From: Eledone cirrhosa
Taxonomy: Eukaryota
DNA length: 64,000 nucleotides
Assembly: GCA_964016885.1 (NCBI GenBank)
Contig: OZ024741.1
Span: 253,208,001 to 253,272,000, forward strand
Direction of reading: 5' to 3'
Every line of letters starts with the position of its first letter. Position 1 is the first letter of the stretch. The notes beneath the pieces are model-generated. The model was given only the letters and a program-made list of their open reading frames with translations. It was not told the DNA's origin and made no database searches. Of the stretch, positions 36,633 through 57,057 are shown piece by piece. A program made the position numbers and the translations under genes.

Positions 36633-39272
36633 ATCACAGTAACCCACAGTAACTACAATAACACATAATAACCCATAACAGCCTACATTAACCCACCATA
36701 ACCCACAGCAACCCACAGTAACCCACAGCAACCTTCAGTAACCCACAGCTACACACAGTAGACCACAGTAACGAACAGTAACCCGCAGTTACCCACAGTA
36801 ACCCACAGCAACCCACAGTAATCCATAGTAACACACAGTAACCCACATTAACCCACAGCAAGACACAGTAACCCACAGTAACCCACAGCAACACACAGTA
36901 GCCCACTGTAGACCACAGTAACCCACAGTAACCCACAGTAACCCACAGTAACCCACAGTAACCTCCAGCATCCCACAGTAACCTACAGTAATCCACAGCA
37001 ATCTACAGTAACCCACAGCAACACACAGTAACCCACAGCAGCCCACAGCAACCCACAATAACCCACAGTAACCCACAGTAACCCACAGCAGCCCACAGCA
37101 ACCCACAATAACCCACAGTAACCCACAGCAGCCCACAGTAACCCACAGCAGCCCACAGTAACCCATAGTAACCCACAGCAGCCCACAGTAACCCACAGTA
37201 ACCCATAGTGATCCACAGTAACCCATAGTAACCCATAGTAACCCACATCAAAACACAGTAACCCACAGCAGCCCACAGTAACCCTCAGCAACCCACAGTA
37301 ACCCACAGTAACCCACAGCAACCCACAGTAACCCACAGAAACACACAGTAACCCACAGCAACACACAGTAACCCACAGCAGCTCACAGTAACCATCAGCA
37401 ACCCACAGTAACCATCAACAACCCACAGTAACCGACAGTAACCCACAGTAACCACCAGCAGCCCACAGCAGCCCACAGTAATCCACAGTAACACACAGTA
37501 ACCCACAGCAACCCACAGTAACCCACAGTAGCCGACAGTAGCCCACAGTAACCCACAGTATCCCGCAGCAACCCACAGCAACCCACAATAACCCACAGTA
37601 ACCATAAGCAACCCACAATAACCCACAGTTGCCCACATAACCCACAGCAGCCCACAGTAACAATCAGCAACCCACAGTAACCATCAACAACCCATAGTAA
37701 CTCCCAGTAACCCAAAGTAACCCACAGTAACCCAGGGCAATCCACAGTAACCCACAGTAACCCACAGTAACCCACAGAAAAACACAGTAACCCACAGTAA
37801 CCCACAGCAACACACAGTAACCCAAATCAGCCCACAGTAACCATCAGCAACCCACAGTAACCATCAACAACCCACAGTAACCCACAGTAGCCCACAGTAA
37901 CCCACAGCAGCCCACAGTAACCCTCAGTAACCCACAGTAACTATCAACAACCCACAGTAACCATCAACAACCCACAGTAACCCACAGTAACCCACAATAA
38001 CCCACAGTAACCCACAGTAACCCACAGCAGCCCACAGTAACCCACAGTAACCCACAGTAACCCACAGTAACCCACAGCAGCCCACAGTAACCCACAGCAA
38101 CCCACAGTAACCCACAGTAACCCATAGTGATCCACAGTAACCCATAGTAACCCATAGTAACCCACAGTAACACATAGTAACCCATAGTAACCCACATCAA
38201 CCCACAATAACCCACAGCAACACACATTAACCCACAGCAGCCCACAGTAACCATCAGCAATCCACAGTAACCCACAGCAACCCACAGTAACCCACAGCAA
38301 CACACAGTAACCCACAGCAACACACAGTAGCCCATAGCAGCCCACAGTAACCATCAGCAAACCCACAGTAACCATCAACAACCCACAGTAACCCACAGCA
38401 ATCCACAGCAACACGCAGTAACCCACAGCAACACGCAGTAACCCACAGCAACCCACAGTAACCATCAACAACCCACACTAACCCACAGCAATCCACAGTA
38501 ACCCACAGCAATCCACAGTAACCCACAGCAGCCCACAGTAACCCACAGTAACCCATAGCAATCCACAGTAACCCACAGTAACCCACAGTAACCCACAGCA
38601 GCCCACAGTAACCCACAGCAGCCCACAGTAACCCACAGCAGCCCACAGTAACCCACAGCAACTATCAACAACCCACAGCAGCTCACAGTAACCCACAGTA
38701 ACCCACAATAACCCACAGTAACCCACAGTAACCCACAGCAGCCCACAGTAACCCACAGCAACTATCAACAACCCACAGCAGCCCACAGTAACCCACAGTA
38801 ACCCACAATAACCCACAGTAACCCACAGTAACCCACAGCAGCCCACAGTAACCCACAGCAGCCCACAGTAACCCACAGCAGCCCACAGCAACCCATAGTA
38901 ACCCACAGCAGCCCACAGTAACCCACAGCAGCCCACAGTAACCCACAGCAACTATCAACAACCCACAGCAGCTCATAGTAACCCACAGCAGCCCACAGTA
39001 ACCCACAATAACCCACAGTAACCCACAGTAACCCACAGCAGTCCACAGTAACCCACAGTAACCCACAGCAGCCCACAGTAACCCACAGCCACCCACAACA
39101 ACCCACAGCAGCCCACAGTAACCCACAGCAGCCCACAGCAGCCCACAGTAACCCACAGCAACCCACAGTAACCCACAGCAGCCCACAGCAGCCCACAGTA
39201 ACCCACAGCAGCCCACAGTAACCCACAGCAGCCCACAGTAACCCACAGTAACCCATAGCAACCCACAACAGT
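36633..39272. repeat. 2.6-kb 10-bp satellite (ACCCACAGTA / GCCCACAGCA variants)
   Basis: Continuous decamer periodicity, ~260 units. Confidence 0.97.
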
Positions 39273-39349
39273 AGACTAACCCAGTTCTACATTAACTTCA
39301 GTAACAAAATATCAGAGACAAAGAAAAAAAAAACAATCAGCAAACATCT

Positions 39350-39387
<38 letters not shown>

Positions 39388-39430
39388 CAGCAGCAGCAGC
39401 CGCAGCAACAGCAGCAGTAGCAGCAGCAAC
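39350..39430. repeat. (CAG)n microsatellite
   Basis: Direct reading. Confidence 0.9.
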
Positions 39431-39601
39431 TGTTGATCTTTGTTAGTTAGATCAATAACACAAATCACATGCCAAGTGTTAAATATACGTCTGTTTCATC
39501 ATCATCATCATCATCATCATCATTTTGTATGCATATATGTATGTGTATGTCTGTGCATGTACAAATATAGGTATATGTATATATTTATATGTATATATAT
39601 G

Positions 39602-39647
<46 letters not shown>

Positions 39648-39754
39648 TGTATATATACATGTATGTATGTATATGTGTATGTATATATATATATATATCT
39701 GTGTGTGTGTATGTGTGTGTATGTATATATATATATAGTTAGATATGTGTGTGA

Positions 39755-39808
<54 letters not shown>

Positions 39809-40312
39809 GGATATGGATATATATACACAGACACACATATATATGTGTGTGTGTGTGTATGTATATATATATACATTTGCATGTGTGTGTGTGTGTCTAT
39901 GAGTATGACTGTGTGTGGGTGACTCTCTGAGTGTATATTTACATGTTTGCATATACGTGTCTGTGTGTTCCCAGTCTAATTAATGGGGTTTGTTGTTGTT
40001 GTTTAACCCCAGGTCAGCTATGACAAGTAACCCCAGAATCAAATGTTTTTTAACCCTAATCATCACATCGTATTTTTAGACAATGTATCCAGAAATACAT
40101 TATCTAATATGACCTCCTTTTTTTAATATGGTTAGGTGTGTTATGAGTAAAACGAGGGCTGCTATTTCTAGCAAGTCAAGAAACCACATACATATTTTTT
40201 CGTTACTTTGTATGGACTTGTCATTATCGTTCTTCTTTTTTTTTATTGTGTCTGTGCTCCAGCATGACCACTGACTGGAATCGATGAAAAATTAAGCAAT
40301 TTTTTATAGAAA

Positions 40313-40503
40313 AATAATTGTTTCTACTTCAGGCACAAGGCCAGCAATTACCCAGTGCATTACTGGTACTTTATTTTATCGACCCCGTAAGGATGAAAGG
40401 CAAAGTCAACTTCGGCGGGATTTGAACTCAGATCGTAAAGGGAAGTAACTGTGCTGGAAAGCATGGCGTCCGACCTTCTACCGATACTGCCAATCCACCG
40501 CCT
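40313..40503 (-). mobile_element. Full-length Meta-domain-type tRNA SINE
   Basis: Minus: GGCGGTGGATTGGCAGTATCGGTAGA..GAGTTCAAATCCC..GCCTTTCATCCTTACGGGGTCGATAAA. Confidence 0.85.
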
Positions 40504-40899
40504 TATAGAAAAATACTGAAAATATATTGACTTAATAGAACAGAGGTACATATGCATGGTCCTATACTTAGAGCCTTTAAATTTGACCAGGGAAATGGAA
40601 GCACAATCTATGACAAATTTCAGAGCCTCTGAGACTGTCTGAAGAAAGGAAGAAAGGGTAGTGTCCCTTTAAGGGGATTCTAAGTCTTAGGCAAATGGAA
40701 CTAGCCATGGCAATTTTCAAATCATCTGAAACTAGTCAGAGAGAGGGCAGCATCTTTGACCCTATTTTCAGGGCCACTGGGATTAGTTGGAGAAAAGGAA
40801 GTATCTATGAGCCCTTAGATTGGTCAGAGAAAGGGCTGCACTTTTAAGGGCTTCTGTAATTGACTGGAAAAAGGGAACTGTCCATGATCCCTACTTCAG

Positions 40900-41308
40900 G
40901 GTCATTAAGACCAGCCAAGAGAAGAAGTTGGACGCATTTGATTCCAGGTGTCTGCGAAAGATCCTGGGGATTAAATGGAGTGACCATGTAACAAACCAGG
41001 AAGTCAGGAACTGCACCAACCAGCAGCTAGTCTCTTCTGCCATCTGCAAGCGACGCCTGGGCTGGTTTGGGCACGCTTTGAGACTTCCCCCGGAGAGACT
41101 GGCGAACCAAGTACTTAAATGGAACCCACAGGGAAGCAGATGGAGAGGGCGACCCAATATGAACTGGCGCCAGACAGTTGAGAGGGACCTGCGAGCGACA
41201 GACAGACAATGGCGGGACGCTGTGCAACTGGCTGCTGACCGAACGCGGTGGAACACTATGATTGCCTCATGTGTCGCAAGACGCGGGAGCTTCTGAGTCT
41301 GAGTCTGA
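40900..41308 (+). mobile_element. Third RTE-type LINE 3' fragment with (TCTGAG)n tail, inside a degenerate ~45-bp minisatellite (40570-41660)
   Basis: EKKLDAFDSRCLRKILGIKWSDHVTNQEV..RRLGWFGHALR..RGRP..W. Confidence 0.85.
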
Positions 41309-41735
41309 AGATGGGCAGAATCTATGGCAATTCTCAGGGCCTCTGAGACTGACTGGAGGAAAGGCAACATACGTGACCAATTATTAGGGCCTCTGAGTTT
41401 GATGAAGAAACAAGCAGCACCTATAACACTAATCAGGAAGAAGAGCACGTGTCTATGGTCCCATTTTAAAGGTCTATAAACTTGGTCATGGATGGTATAG
41501 GGGTGCATCTATTGCAATTTTCAGGGATTCTAAGTTTAGTCAGTGAAAGGGCTGTATCTATAGTAATATTCAATTCTTCTGAGACTGTCTGGAAAAAGGG
41601 GGAGATGTCTGTGACCCTTTATCTGGGCCTTTGAGATAGGTGAGAAAAAGAGATAACATGAAATTCAGACGAGAAGTCTAGCCAAATATGTGCAATAGAG
41701 TTAACTCCTATAAAGGTACTCAAAAGTGGCCAGGT

Positions 41736-42056
41736 AGTGGTGGTGGTGGTGGTGGCGGTGGTGGTGGTGGTGGTGGTGGTGGTGATGGTGGTGGTGGTGG
41801 TGGTGGTGATGGTGGTGGTGGTGGTGGTGGTGGTGGTGGTGGTGGTGGTGGTGGTGGTGGTGGTGGAGGTGGTGATGGTGGTGGTGATGGTGGTGGTGGT
41901 GGTGGAGGTGGTGGTGGTGGTGGTGGTGGTGGTGGTGGTGGTGGTGGTGGTGGTGGTGGTGGTGATGGGGGTGATGGGGGTGGTGGTGGTGGTAGTGGTG
42001 GTGGTGGTGTGTGGTGGTGGCGGTGGTGTTGGTGGTGGTGGTGGAGGTGGTGATGG

Positions 42057-42087
<31 letters not shown>

Positions 42088-42230
42088 GGTGGTGGGGGGG
42101 GGGGGGGGGTGATGGTGGTGTGTGGTGGTGGTGGTGGTGGTGGTGGTGGTGGTGGTGGTGGTGGTGTTGTTGGTGGTGTTGGTGGTGGTGGTGGAGGTGG
42201 TGGTGGTGGTGGTGTTGGTGGTGGTGGTGA
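41736..42230. repeat. (GGT)n microsatellite, ~500 bp
   Basis: Direct reading. Confidence 0.95.
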
Positions 42231-42539
42231 ACATATTAAACTGGAATACCAAAAGGTAGTTAAAGACAAGTTACAGATAATGTGAACAATGAAATGAAGA
42301 TGATGATGATGAGGAGGATCGAAAGAAGGAGGGGGGGGTAGTAGAAGAAGAAGGTGGTAATATGAAATGAAACTAATATTAGGGGTAATCAAAACATATA
42401 AGGTTGATCCAGCTTGGCCAGATCCACTAATAATTTACATCTACACAATTCTCTCATTGTTTTTCCATTCCAATTGTGTGTGTATATGTATATAGATAGA
42501 GATATATGCACATGTATATATGTGTGAGTGTATATATAT

Positions 42540-42640
<101 letters not shown>

Positions 42641-42824
42641 TATATTGTTATAATCAATTTATGTTTGTTAAATGATGATATATACACACAAACATACATA
42701 TATATACATGTATACATACACATGTATATATATATACATATATATCTATATATATATATGCATATATTTATTTATATATATTTATATATATATATATACA
42801 TATATATGAGTATATATATATTCT

Positions 42825-42869
<45 letters not shown>

Positions 42870-42991
42870 TGCATATATGTGTGTACATGCAAATCTGTTG
42901 GGGTGGGGGCACTGTAACCATAGAATACTGCTGCTTATTAAAATAGCATAGTCAGCAATTTTTACCTAGACGCCAAATACTGTATATATAT

Positions 42992-42992
<1 letters not shown>

Positions 42993-43025
<33 letters not shown>

Positions 43026-43138
43026 CCATTTTACGTCCGTTCTTCCACGCTAGCATGGGTTAGACAGGTTGTCCTGTTGTGGGCAGTGTCTGGTCGGTTG
43101 ACCTTGTCTTGCTCATACTGGAACCGATTCTGGTTTGA
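42993..43138 (-). mobile_element. RTE family A/B 3' end fragment
   Basis: Matches 11621-11760. Confidence 0.85.
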
Positions 43139-43794
43139 TATATATATATATATATATATATTTATTAAAATAACAGATTAAAGTTTAAGCAAAGAATCGC
43201 TGCTTTCACCCTTAACGGGATCTTCTGAAACTCTACGGTTCTTATATATCTGATATATATTTATATATATTTATCCTTATCGAGCCCTCTTTGGATTTTA
43301 GTCTTCCAATTTATTATTATTACTGCCGAGGTTAACTTTGCCTTTCATCCTTAAGGGGTCGATAAAATAAAGTACCAGTAATACACTGGGTAATTGCTGG
43401 CCTTGTGCCTAACGTAGAAACAATTATTACTATATATATATATATACACACATACACACACACGCAAATACACACACACATATATATATATAAATATATC
43501 CATCTATATGATGGACCCTTAACTCCTGGTGGAGTTGTAGGGTTACTGTAATAACATGTAGCATATCATCATGAACATTTTAAATCCAACAAGGGCTGTC
43601 CCTATCCACGTCTGAACTGAGCCAATTTCTTCTAGAAAAAGGAAGGGATTGGGAAGGAGAAAGAATCAGCCCCATTTCTAGACTGATACTCAAAGGGGTG
43701 AGTGGTAAAGTTTACCTTGGTGGGATTTGAACTGAGTGTGCAGAATCCAAAACAAATACCAGAAAATATTCTGCCATTCTCACAGTTTACCACC

Positions 43795-43875
<81 letters not shown>

Positions 43876-43950
43876 GTCTATATATATATATATACACATA
43901 TGTCTATATATATATATATACACATATGTGTGTGTATATACATTTGTATA

Positions 43951-44089
<139 letters not shown>

Positions 44090-44581
44090 ATAGAAAATTG
44101 GTACACACACCTGGGCCTGTCTTTTTATGTACCACAGTCAGTCAAAAGTATTACATACCCATTTGTTAACATTATATTATATACACCTGAATCATCAATA
44201 TCTGATATATACTTTTGTTCTGAATGTATAAAGAAAAACCATAGATAGTGTATATACATCAGAGTCAACAGTATATAATTGGAATATACACACAAGATCC
44301 AAGAAATATTAAATGTCCTAAGCATAATACAACAACAAATCTACAGCAAATCAGCTATATAATATATATACATCTGACTTAGAAACAAAATATATAATAT
44401 ACAACACTAAGATCATTGTCTAGACAGCATACATTGCATATATACACACCAGATCCAGCAGAATATATATAAAATATACACACCAGATCCAACAGCATAT
44501 TATATATCCCAGTCAAAATAATACAAATAAACAAACATACATGTGTATATGTATATGTATATATATATGTGTGTATGTGTG

Positions 44582-44651
<70 letters not shown>

Positions 44652-44790
44652 TATATGTATATATGTTTACATATACACACTAGATCCAACAGGTTATTTT
44701 ATAGCCCAATCAGCAATATATACCAATATATATACCAGAGTCAGCAATATATTACACACACACACATATATATATATATACATTATATAT

Positions 44791-44821
<31 letters not shown>

Positions 44822-45059
44822 TATACATAAATATACACACAAAAGAGAATAATAAGTATATACAATATAAATAATACATATATATACACTCACCAGAACC
44901 AGCAGTATATATACACACACAAGATATATATATTTGTGTATACATATATATACATATATATATGCAAACATGTATATATTTATATATACAGTACACATCC
45001 ATAAAGCTGCTACTCTCCAGACAAGTAATGAATTGGTTATACAGTTGACACTCTGATTC

Positions 45060-51110
<6,051 letters not shown>

Positions 51111-51544
51111 CTACCTACATCATACATACATACATATGTAACTATGAATGTGCATATATGGAGATCAATGAAAATTCGTTGCTTATATGTGGTATAGTTT
51201 TTATGCTGATTTTTCACCTACTCAGCTAAAATATTTATATCCTATGTTGACATACATGCTTGCTAAACTGGTAGACTGTGAGAGCGATATGTAGACAGGT
51301 GGGCTGATAGTCTGAGCAGTCGGCTGGCTGACACAATAGATAGCTGAATAAATTGGTAGTTTGGTAGAATGGGAGACTGGGTGACATTTTGGTAGAATGC
51401 GGGACTGGCTCTGTGATATAGTGATAGTCTGGTAGGATTGTAATTGACTGACTGTTTAGTAGGCTGGTTGACTGGAAGACATTTTGGCAATGTGGAAGAT
51501 CAGCAGAATAGTAGATTGCTTGGCAACATGGTAGACACATTAAC

Positions 51545-52120
51545 AATGTGGTAGACAGGTAGACACATTAACTATCACTGGCAAACACTGTAACATTATG
51601 GTAGACAAGCTGTCTGGTAGACTGGCTACCTGGAAGACTGATTGACTCCTTAACAATTTGGTAGATTGAGAGAATAGTAAATTACTTGGCAACATTGTAG
51701 ACTGGTAGACACTTTATAATGTGGTAGACTGGTAGACACTTTATCAATTTGGTAGACTAGTAGACACTTTACAATGTGGTAGACTGGTAGACACTTTAAC
51801 TTTGTGGTAGACTGGTAGACACTTTAACATAGCGGTAAACTGGTAGACACTTTAACATTGTGGTAGACTGGTAGACAATTGATCAATGTGGTAGACTGGT
51901 AGACACTTTATCAATTTGGTAGACTAGTAGACACTTTACAATGTGGTAGACTGGTAGACACTTTAACTTTGTGGTAGACTGGTAGACACTTTAACATAGT
52001 GGTAAACTGGTAGACACTTTAACATTGTGGTAGACTGGTAGACAATTTATCAATGTGGTAGACTGGTAGACACTTTAACATTGTGGTAGACTGGTAGACA
52101 CTTTAACAATATGGTAGATT
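51545..52120. repeat. ~29-30-bp minisatellite (GTGGTAGACTGGTAGACACTTTAACATT)
   Basis: Direct reading; a multi-unit block is itself duplicated. Confidence 0.9.
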
Positions 52121-52474
52121 AGCTAACTGTGTGACAGATTAATTGACTGGTAGAATGCTAGACTTTGTGCCTGATAGACTTTTAGACTGGCAGATTGTGT
52201 GGTATACAGGTGGTCTAGCCTAAAAGCTGATTGACAGAAAAGATGGTTTATATTTATTCTTCCATTCTTTGTCTGGTTTTAGTCATTAAACTGCAGCCAT
52301 ACCAAAGTCTTGCCTCAAACGTATTTTAGTCAAACATATCAACCCCCACGAATTTGCTTCAAGTCTGGCACATATTTTAACAATCTCTTTAATGTCAGAT
52401 TGATGAGTTACAGGTCATTAACAAACAATGAAAGAAAACATACACATGTATATATATATATATATATATGTATT

Positions 52475-52594
52475 CCGAACTTTCCTGATGAAGAACTTCT
52501 GTCTGAAACATTGAAACCTCCTCCACTTCCATCAAGCATGAACCTAATATAACTGTGTACAATTGCCTCCTGTGTTTTGTTTGTTCATTTTCAA

Positions 52595-52631
<37 letters not shown>

Positions 52632-52980
52632 CATGTGGCCACACACACAGATAGACTGAAGCCATGCCCATCTGCCAATTTCTTCTCTTCAACACACACA
52701 CACAACCACATCCATGCAGCCCCATATCCTCCACCATGGCTCCCCCAGGCCGGACTTTTCACCCACCTCCCCCAACACTTTTCTTTTCTTTAACTTCCTT
52801 TCCTAACCTTCTCACACTACTCATATGTCTATTTGTTCTTTCCTTACCCAAACTTGCCTGAAGAAGGACTTCTGTCCAAAATGTTGAAACCTCCTCCACT
52901 TCCTTCAAGCATGAACCTAAAATAACTGTGTAATTTTATCTTCTGTATTTTGATTTATTTCATTCCATTTATTAACTATA
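52475..52980 (+). mobile_element. Two direct-repeat pLTR-like segments with degenerate hammerhead motifs
   Basis: CTGATGA at 52485 and CTGAAGA at 52858, each followed by (G/A)GAC-TTCT-GTC..TTGAAACCTCCTCCACTTCC. Confidence 0.6.
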
Positions 52981-52993
52981 TATATATATATAT

Positions 52994-53228
52994 ATTGTTA
53001 TACTTGGGGAGGGTTATAGTGTTGTAATAATATTGCCAGAATTAATAACAGAACACACTCACTGTTTGGTTGGTTTTCGCTTCTGTATCTTTTATATCAG
53101 TTAATTCATTCGGTCCTCAATGTTTACCATTAACTGACCAACGGTCAAAAATACAAATATAATATAGATATAAACACATATATGTAGTCTAACAAAGTTC
53201 TTTCGTTGCACATCTGCAACATCATCAT
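52994..53228 (-). mobile_element. Partial pLTR of the Penelope-like family at 58548-60710
   Basis: Homologous to 58548-58795 including the GTTGCA-GATG-TGCAAC hairpin. Confidence 0.8.
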
Positions 53229-53229
53229 T

Positions 53230-53905
53230 TTGAGAGGAAAACCTTTGTAGCTAGCAGTGGTAGAAGCACCCTGTTCTTTTCCCATCTTGTCTCACTCTGG
53301 CTACTGTACTTTCAGAATACCAAATTCATTTGCTAATTTGGTCACTCATGTAACAGCATTTAAAGAAACATGTTTCCTGTTTTCTGTTTACTGCTCCTAT
53401 GTTTTGACCACATATAAATCTTTGCTAGCCTGCCTCAGATCCCACTACATCTGTTGTGTTCCCATAGTTTGCATACTGAGCAAAAGCATTTCCCTGAAAG
53501 CATCTTGGCCCTGTTTCCTTTCTACTTACTAGGACTTCTGTCTTAGCTATGTTGACTTTAAGAATTTTTGCTTCTAAGGTATACTTCCTAGTTTGGAATT
53601 TCTTCTCTAATTCTGCCATATATTCAGCTATAAGGATTAGATCATTGGCATATTGGAGTTCCCATAGGCAGCCAGTCTTAAACTGTACCCTTGTAGCCTG
53701 CATGATGATAATAAACAGGAGAGGGCTAAGTACAGAGCCCTAGTGGACCCTCACTTGCACACTAAATTCCTCACTATTTATCATTGTTAATTCTACGCTT
53801 GCTGACTGCTCATCTATAGTTAGCTCGTACTGCCCTCACAAAGCACTCAACTACCTCTAGTCTTCTAAGATCTCATCAGATTATGGAGCAGGGGACTCTC
53901 CCATC
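53230..53905 (-). pseudogene. Degraded RTE RT fragment
   Basis: FKTGCLWELQYANDLILIAE..LKVNIAKTEVLV. Confidence 0.8.
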
Positions 53906-54229
53906 TACTTTTCCTTGTCTTAATACCCTTGCCCTCATCGACTAAATACCTACTCACTTTATCCATGTCCAATTGCATACTCCCTTCTCTCCCCAGCTTC
54001 CATGCTCCTTTGGTAGCTCCTGTCATGCTCAACCTACATACAAGCATGGAAAGCTGTTCATGCTTCAAAACTGCTCCCCCCTCCCATACTGTAAGGGGCT
54101 CATACTGATAACATGAAAAGAGTTAATTCCAAATGTACTCTATAAGTAATTTAGGCTGGTGACATGACCTTGTATAGAGGTTGTACTGGTGACATGAAAA
54201 AACACACTCAGTTCAATATCAAGTTAGAT

Positions 54230-55401
54230 ACCAAGTCTAACCACCCTAGATCAATATTAAACTCTATCACTAAAGGAATATCCAATAGAATCTCTAATCT
54301 ATCTTATGACAAAACCATATTTAGCAAAAATTCACAATACTATAATCAGGCATTAGCTAGATCAGGCCATAATAATGAGATTGAATTCCTACCTATAAAA
54401 ACACATATTTACAACATTATTTCTCACAATATGTCCATGAGGAAAAATAGTAATAAGAGTAATAACCACACATACACTAATAGGAAGGGTAGCATCAAAC
54501 GTAACTCGCACCAGAGAAGACACCAAAATACTATAAACGGAAACACCTCAACAGATATAAAAAACAAAAATAGAAGAACTAATACATTTTTCAACTCCCC
54601 TTTCAATCTAAACGTCTCTACCAACCTACCTAAGGCTTTCTTCTCAATCCTGGATAAACACTTCCCATATGGCCACAAGTACCATAGTCTTATAAATAAA
54701 AATACCATTAAAATCTCCTACTCTACCACGCCTAACATAGCTAGTAGCAATAAAAGAAAGATTAATACTTACTTTCAAAAAACTAAAACACAGCAGGGGG
54801 TAAACTTTCAAAACAACGTAATAACTACAAACCCTGATATCAATAGTAATAATAGTAATAACACTAATGAAATCAATAGCATTAGGAGCGACAACCTTCA
54901 TAGCCATAATGCAATACCTAGCAACCAGACTTCTACACAACATAATAACCGACAAGATAACATCCAAAATAAATGTAACTGTAGATCTAATAGAACCTGC
55001 CCTTTAGGTAAAAACTGCTTTATCAAGGACATCATTTACTCATGCATGGTCAGAACTAGCAATTCTTCTGAAACCTATATAGGCTCTACTTCAAATTGCT
55101 TCAAAACGAGATACAACTCACATCTCCATTCTTTCAAAAAACACAGTCTAGCCAACTCCATTTCACTATCTAGCTACATACACTATCTGAAAACTAGGAA
55201 TAGATCATATACACTTCAATGCGAAGTGATAGGTAGGGTGGCATCGTACAAACCACCTAATAAATTATGTAACCTCTGTCTACTAGAGACCCATACTATA
55301 ATCTTTTCGAACTTTAACCTCCTTAAAAAAAATCGGAAGTGTTTGCGTCATGCCAACACCGCTTCCGACACTCCTTCCAAAGCTTTAAACCTAGTATATA
55401 A
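54230..55401 (+). pseudogene. PLE RT C-terminus + GIY-YIG endonuclease; frameshift in the A-run near 55330
   Basis: CNCRSNRTCPLGKNC..IIY..YIGST..FKTRYNSH..CNLCLLE; alternative frame gives SEVFASCQHRFRHSF..SI* ending at 55401. Confidence 0.8.
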
Positions 55402-56815
55402 CAATGACAGATTTGAACTCATCACCACTTTTAACACTGCACCTCAAGGGCTTGCCTTCCACCACTACACCACACACTCTGATCCACCCTTTCCTCGACA
55501 CAAATCATTCTATCTATCTATAACTTTATACCCTAGAAATATCCCCATAAACACCAACTTTTAATATAATTACTTTTGATTACTTATAATTATATAGGGA
55601 TTGAAATATAATACAGTTTATATAAACTTTAAATACTAGATACAACAATGAATTATATATGCATTTGTAATTAAATGTATAGAGTAATAACATTGGATAT
55701 ATATAGGATTAATTTATTAACATAAGGGATTTGACTGACTTATATGTAGTGTGGTGCAATGAATTATATATACATTTATAACTTAATGGCTAGATTAATG
55801 ACATTGTATATGGGGGATGAATTTTTTTACCCAAGAGATGTATCTAATTTTATTATGCAAACAGCCGTACGCTGCTCCATAGCTTACCAAAGGTTATGTA
55901 GACAAAAATCTAATTGGACCTTTAATATGTTTTGAGAGTAGACTGTATTTAAAGTGAATTTGGTATAAAGATATAGCACTTTGCGTGGGAAATTCAATTA
56001 TAGCGCTATATAATAAGGAGTAATCAACTTCCTATAGATACCTTTAATACATTATGATAGAGTAGACTGTATTTAAAATTAGATATAAATATATAACCTT
56101 CTATATAAGGGACTCAATTGAGGCACCATATAATGTATGTTAGGACAATGAATTTAGTTATGAGAATCAGCTAGTTACCTCCCCTTATGCGTTAACTCCC
56201 CTTAATTGCATACCTACTTCCGGATAATAAACCGCTGTAAATTCTCTCAGCAGAAAGAACCTATTCTATAAATATGGATTAAATAACACCGAGCCTCAAT
56301 ACGTTACAATCCTTTACTACATCAAACATTCAATACTAATACATCGTAACATATGTGATGGATGTGAAAACTATAACTTCCTTTTTCTGGATGTGAAAAT
56401 GGTGGTGGATGTGAAAACTATAACTTTCTTTTTCTTTTTCTGCACACATACTAATTTGATCTATACAAAAAATACCCTCCCACTACAACTACCATAATAC
56501 TCTTGCTTACACGCTTAAAGTGCTTGTATTACATGTAATACCTTGCCACACAATACTCTTATATAAATGAGACACACTTGCTCTATATATGACTAATGCA
56601 TACACTATCTACTAGATCTGATTATTGGACTATTCTCTTGCATTATCTGTGCTATCTGCCGCATGTATTTTAATTTTGATTTTAAATTTGAATTACTATA
56701 CAAATATAGTATAGTATAATATATGTCGCTCCACTATACATCAATATATATATATATGTATCTGTATGTCTCCTGCGTTGGATAGGAGGTCAATTATATG
56801 TACAAGCATTAAAAA

Positions 56816-56864
56816 ATGCTCTGAAGATTCCAAGCCTAAGTTTGGATGAAACAATTGTAAGTGA
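56816..56864 (+). ncRNA. Minimal type-I hammerhead ribozyme in the PLE 3' end
   Basis: tgct CTGAAGA t-tccaagc-ctaa-gtttgga-t GAAA caattg TA agtg AATAAA. Confidence 0.78.
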
Positions 56865-57057
56865 ATAAATGTTTTGAACATAGCTTTGATCCTTGTGAAT
56901 TCTATATAACTGCTCTGTAGAACAACTGATGTTCTTACATTGAGCTACTTATCTTACTGGTAATAAGGTAGTAATAAATTACTGACCTTCCCTGTTTATA
57001 GTTTAAAATATACATAACTATAAATAGTATCCTTAATATTATATATATATATATATA

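Larger units (their letters stand above)
54230..57040 (+). mobile_element. 5'-truncated Penelope-like element (Naiad-like) with long 3'UTR and hammerhead
   Basis: RT thumb SNHP, FFNSPF, CxCx5C, GIY-YIG motifs; hammerhead and AATAAA near the 3' end; ends in (TA)n. Confidence 0.8.

Noticed and set aside
36688-39268. Cys/Gly/Trp-rich repeat ORFs
   Set aside because: A 10-bp unit read in all three frames; satellite artefact
41619-42392. Poly-Pro/Thr/Gly/His/Val ORFs
   Set aside because: (GGT)n microsatellite
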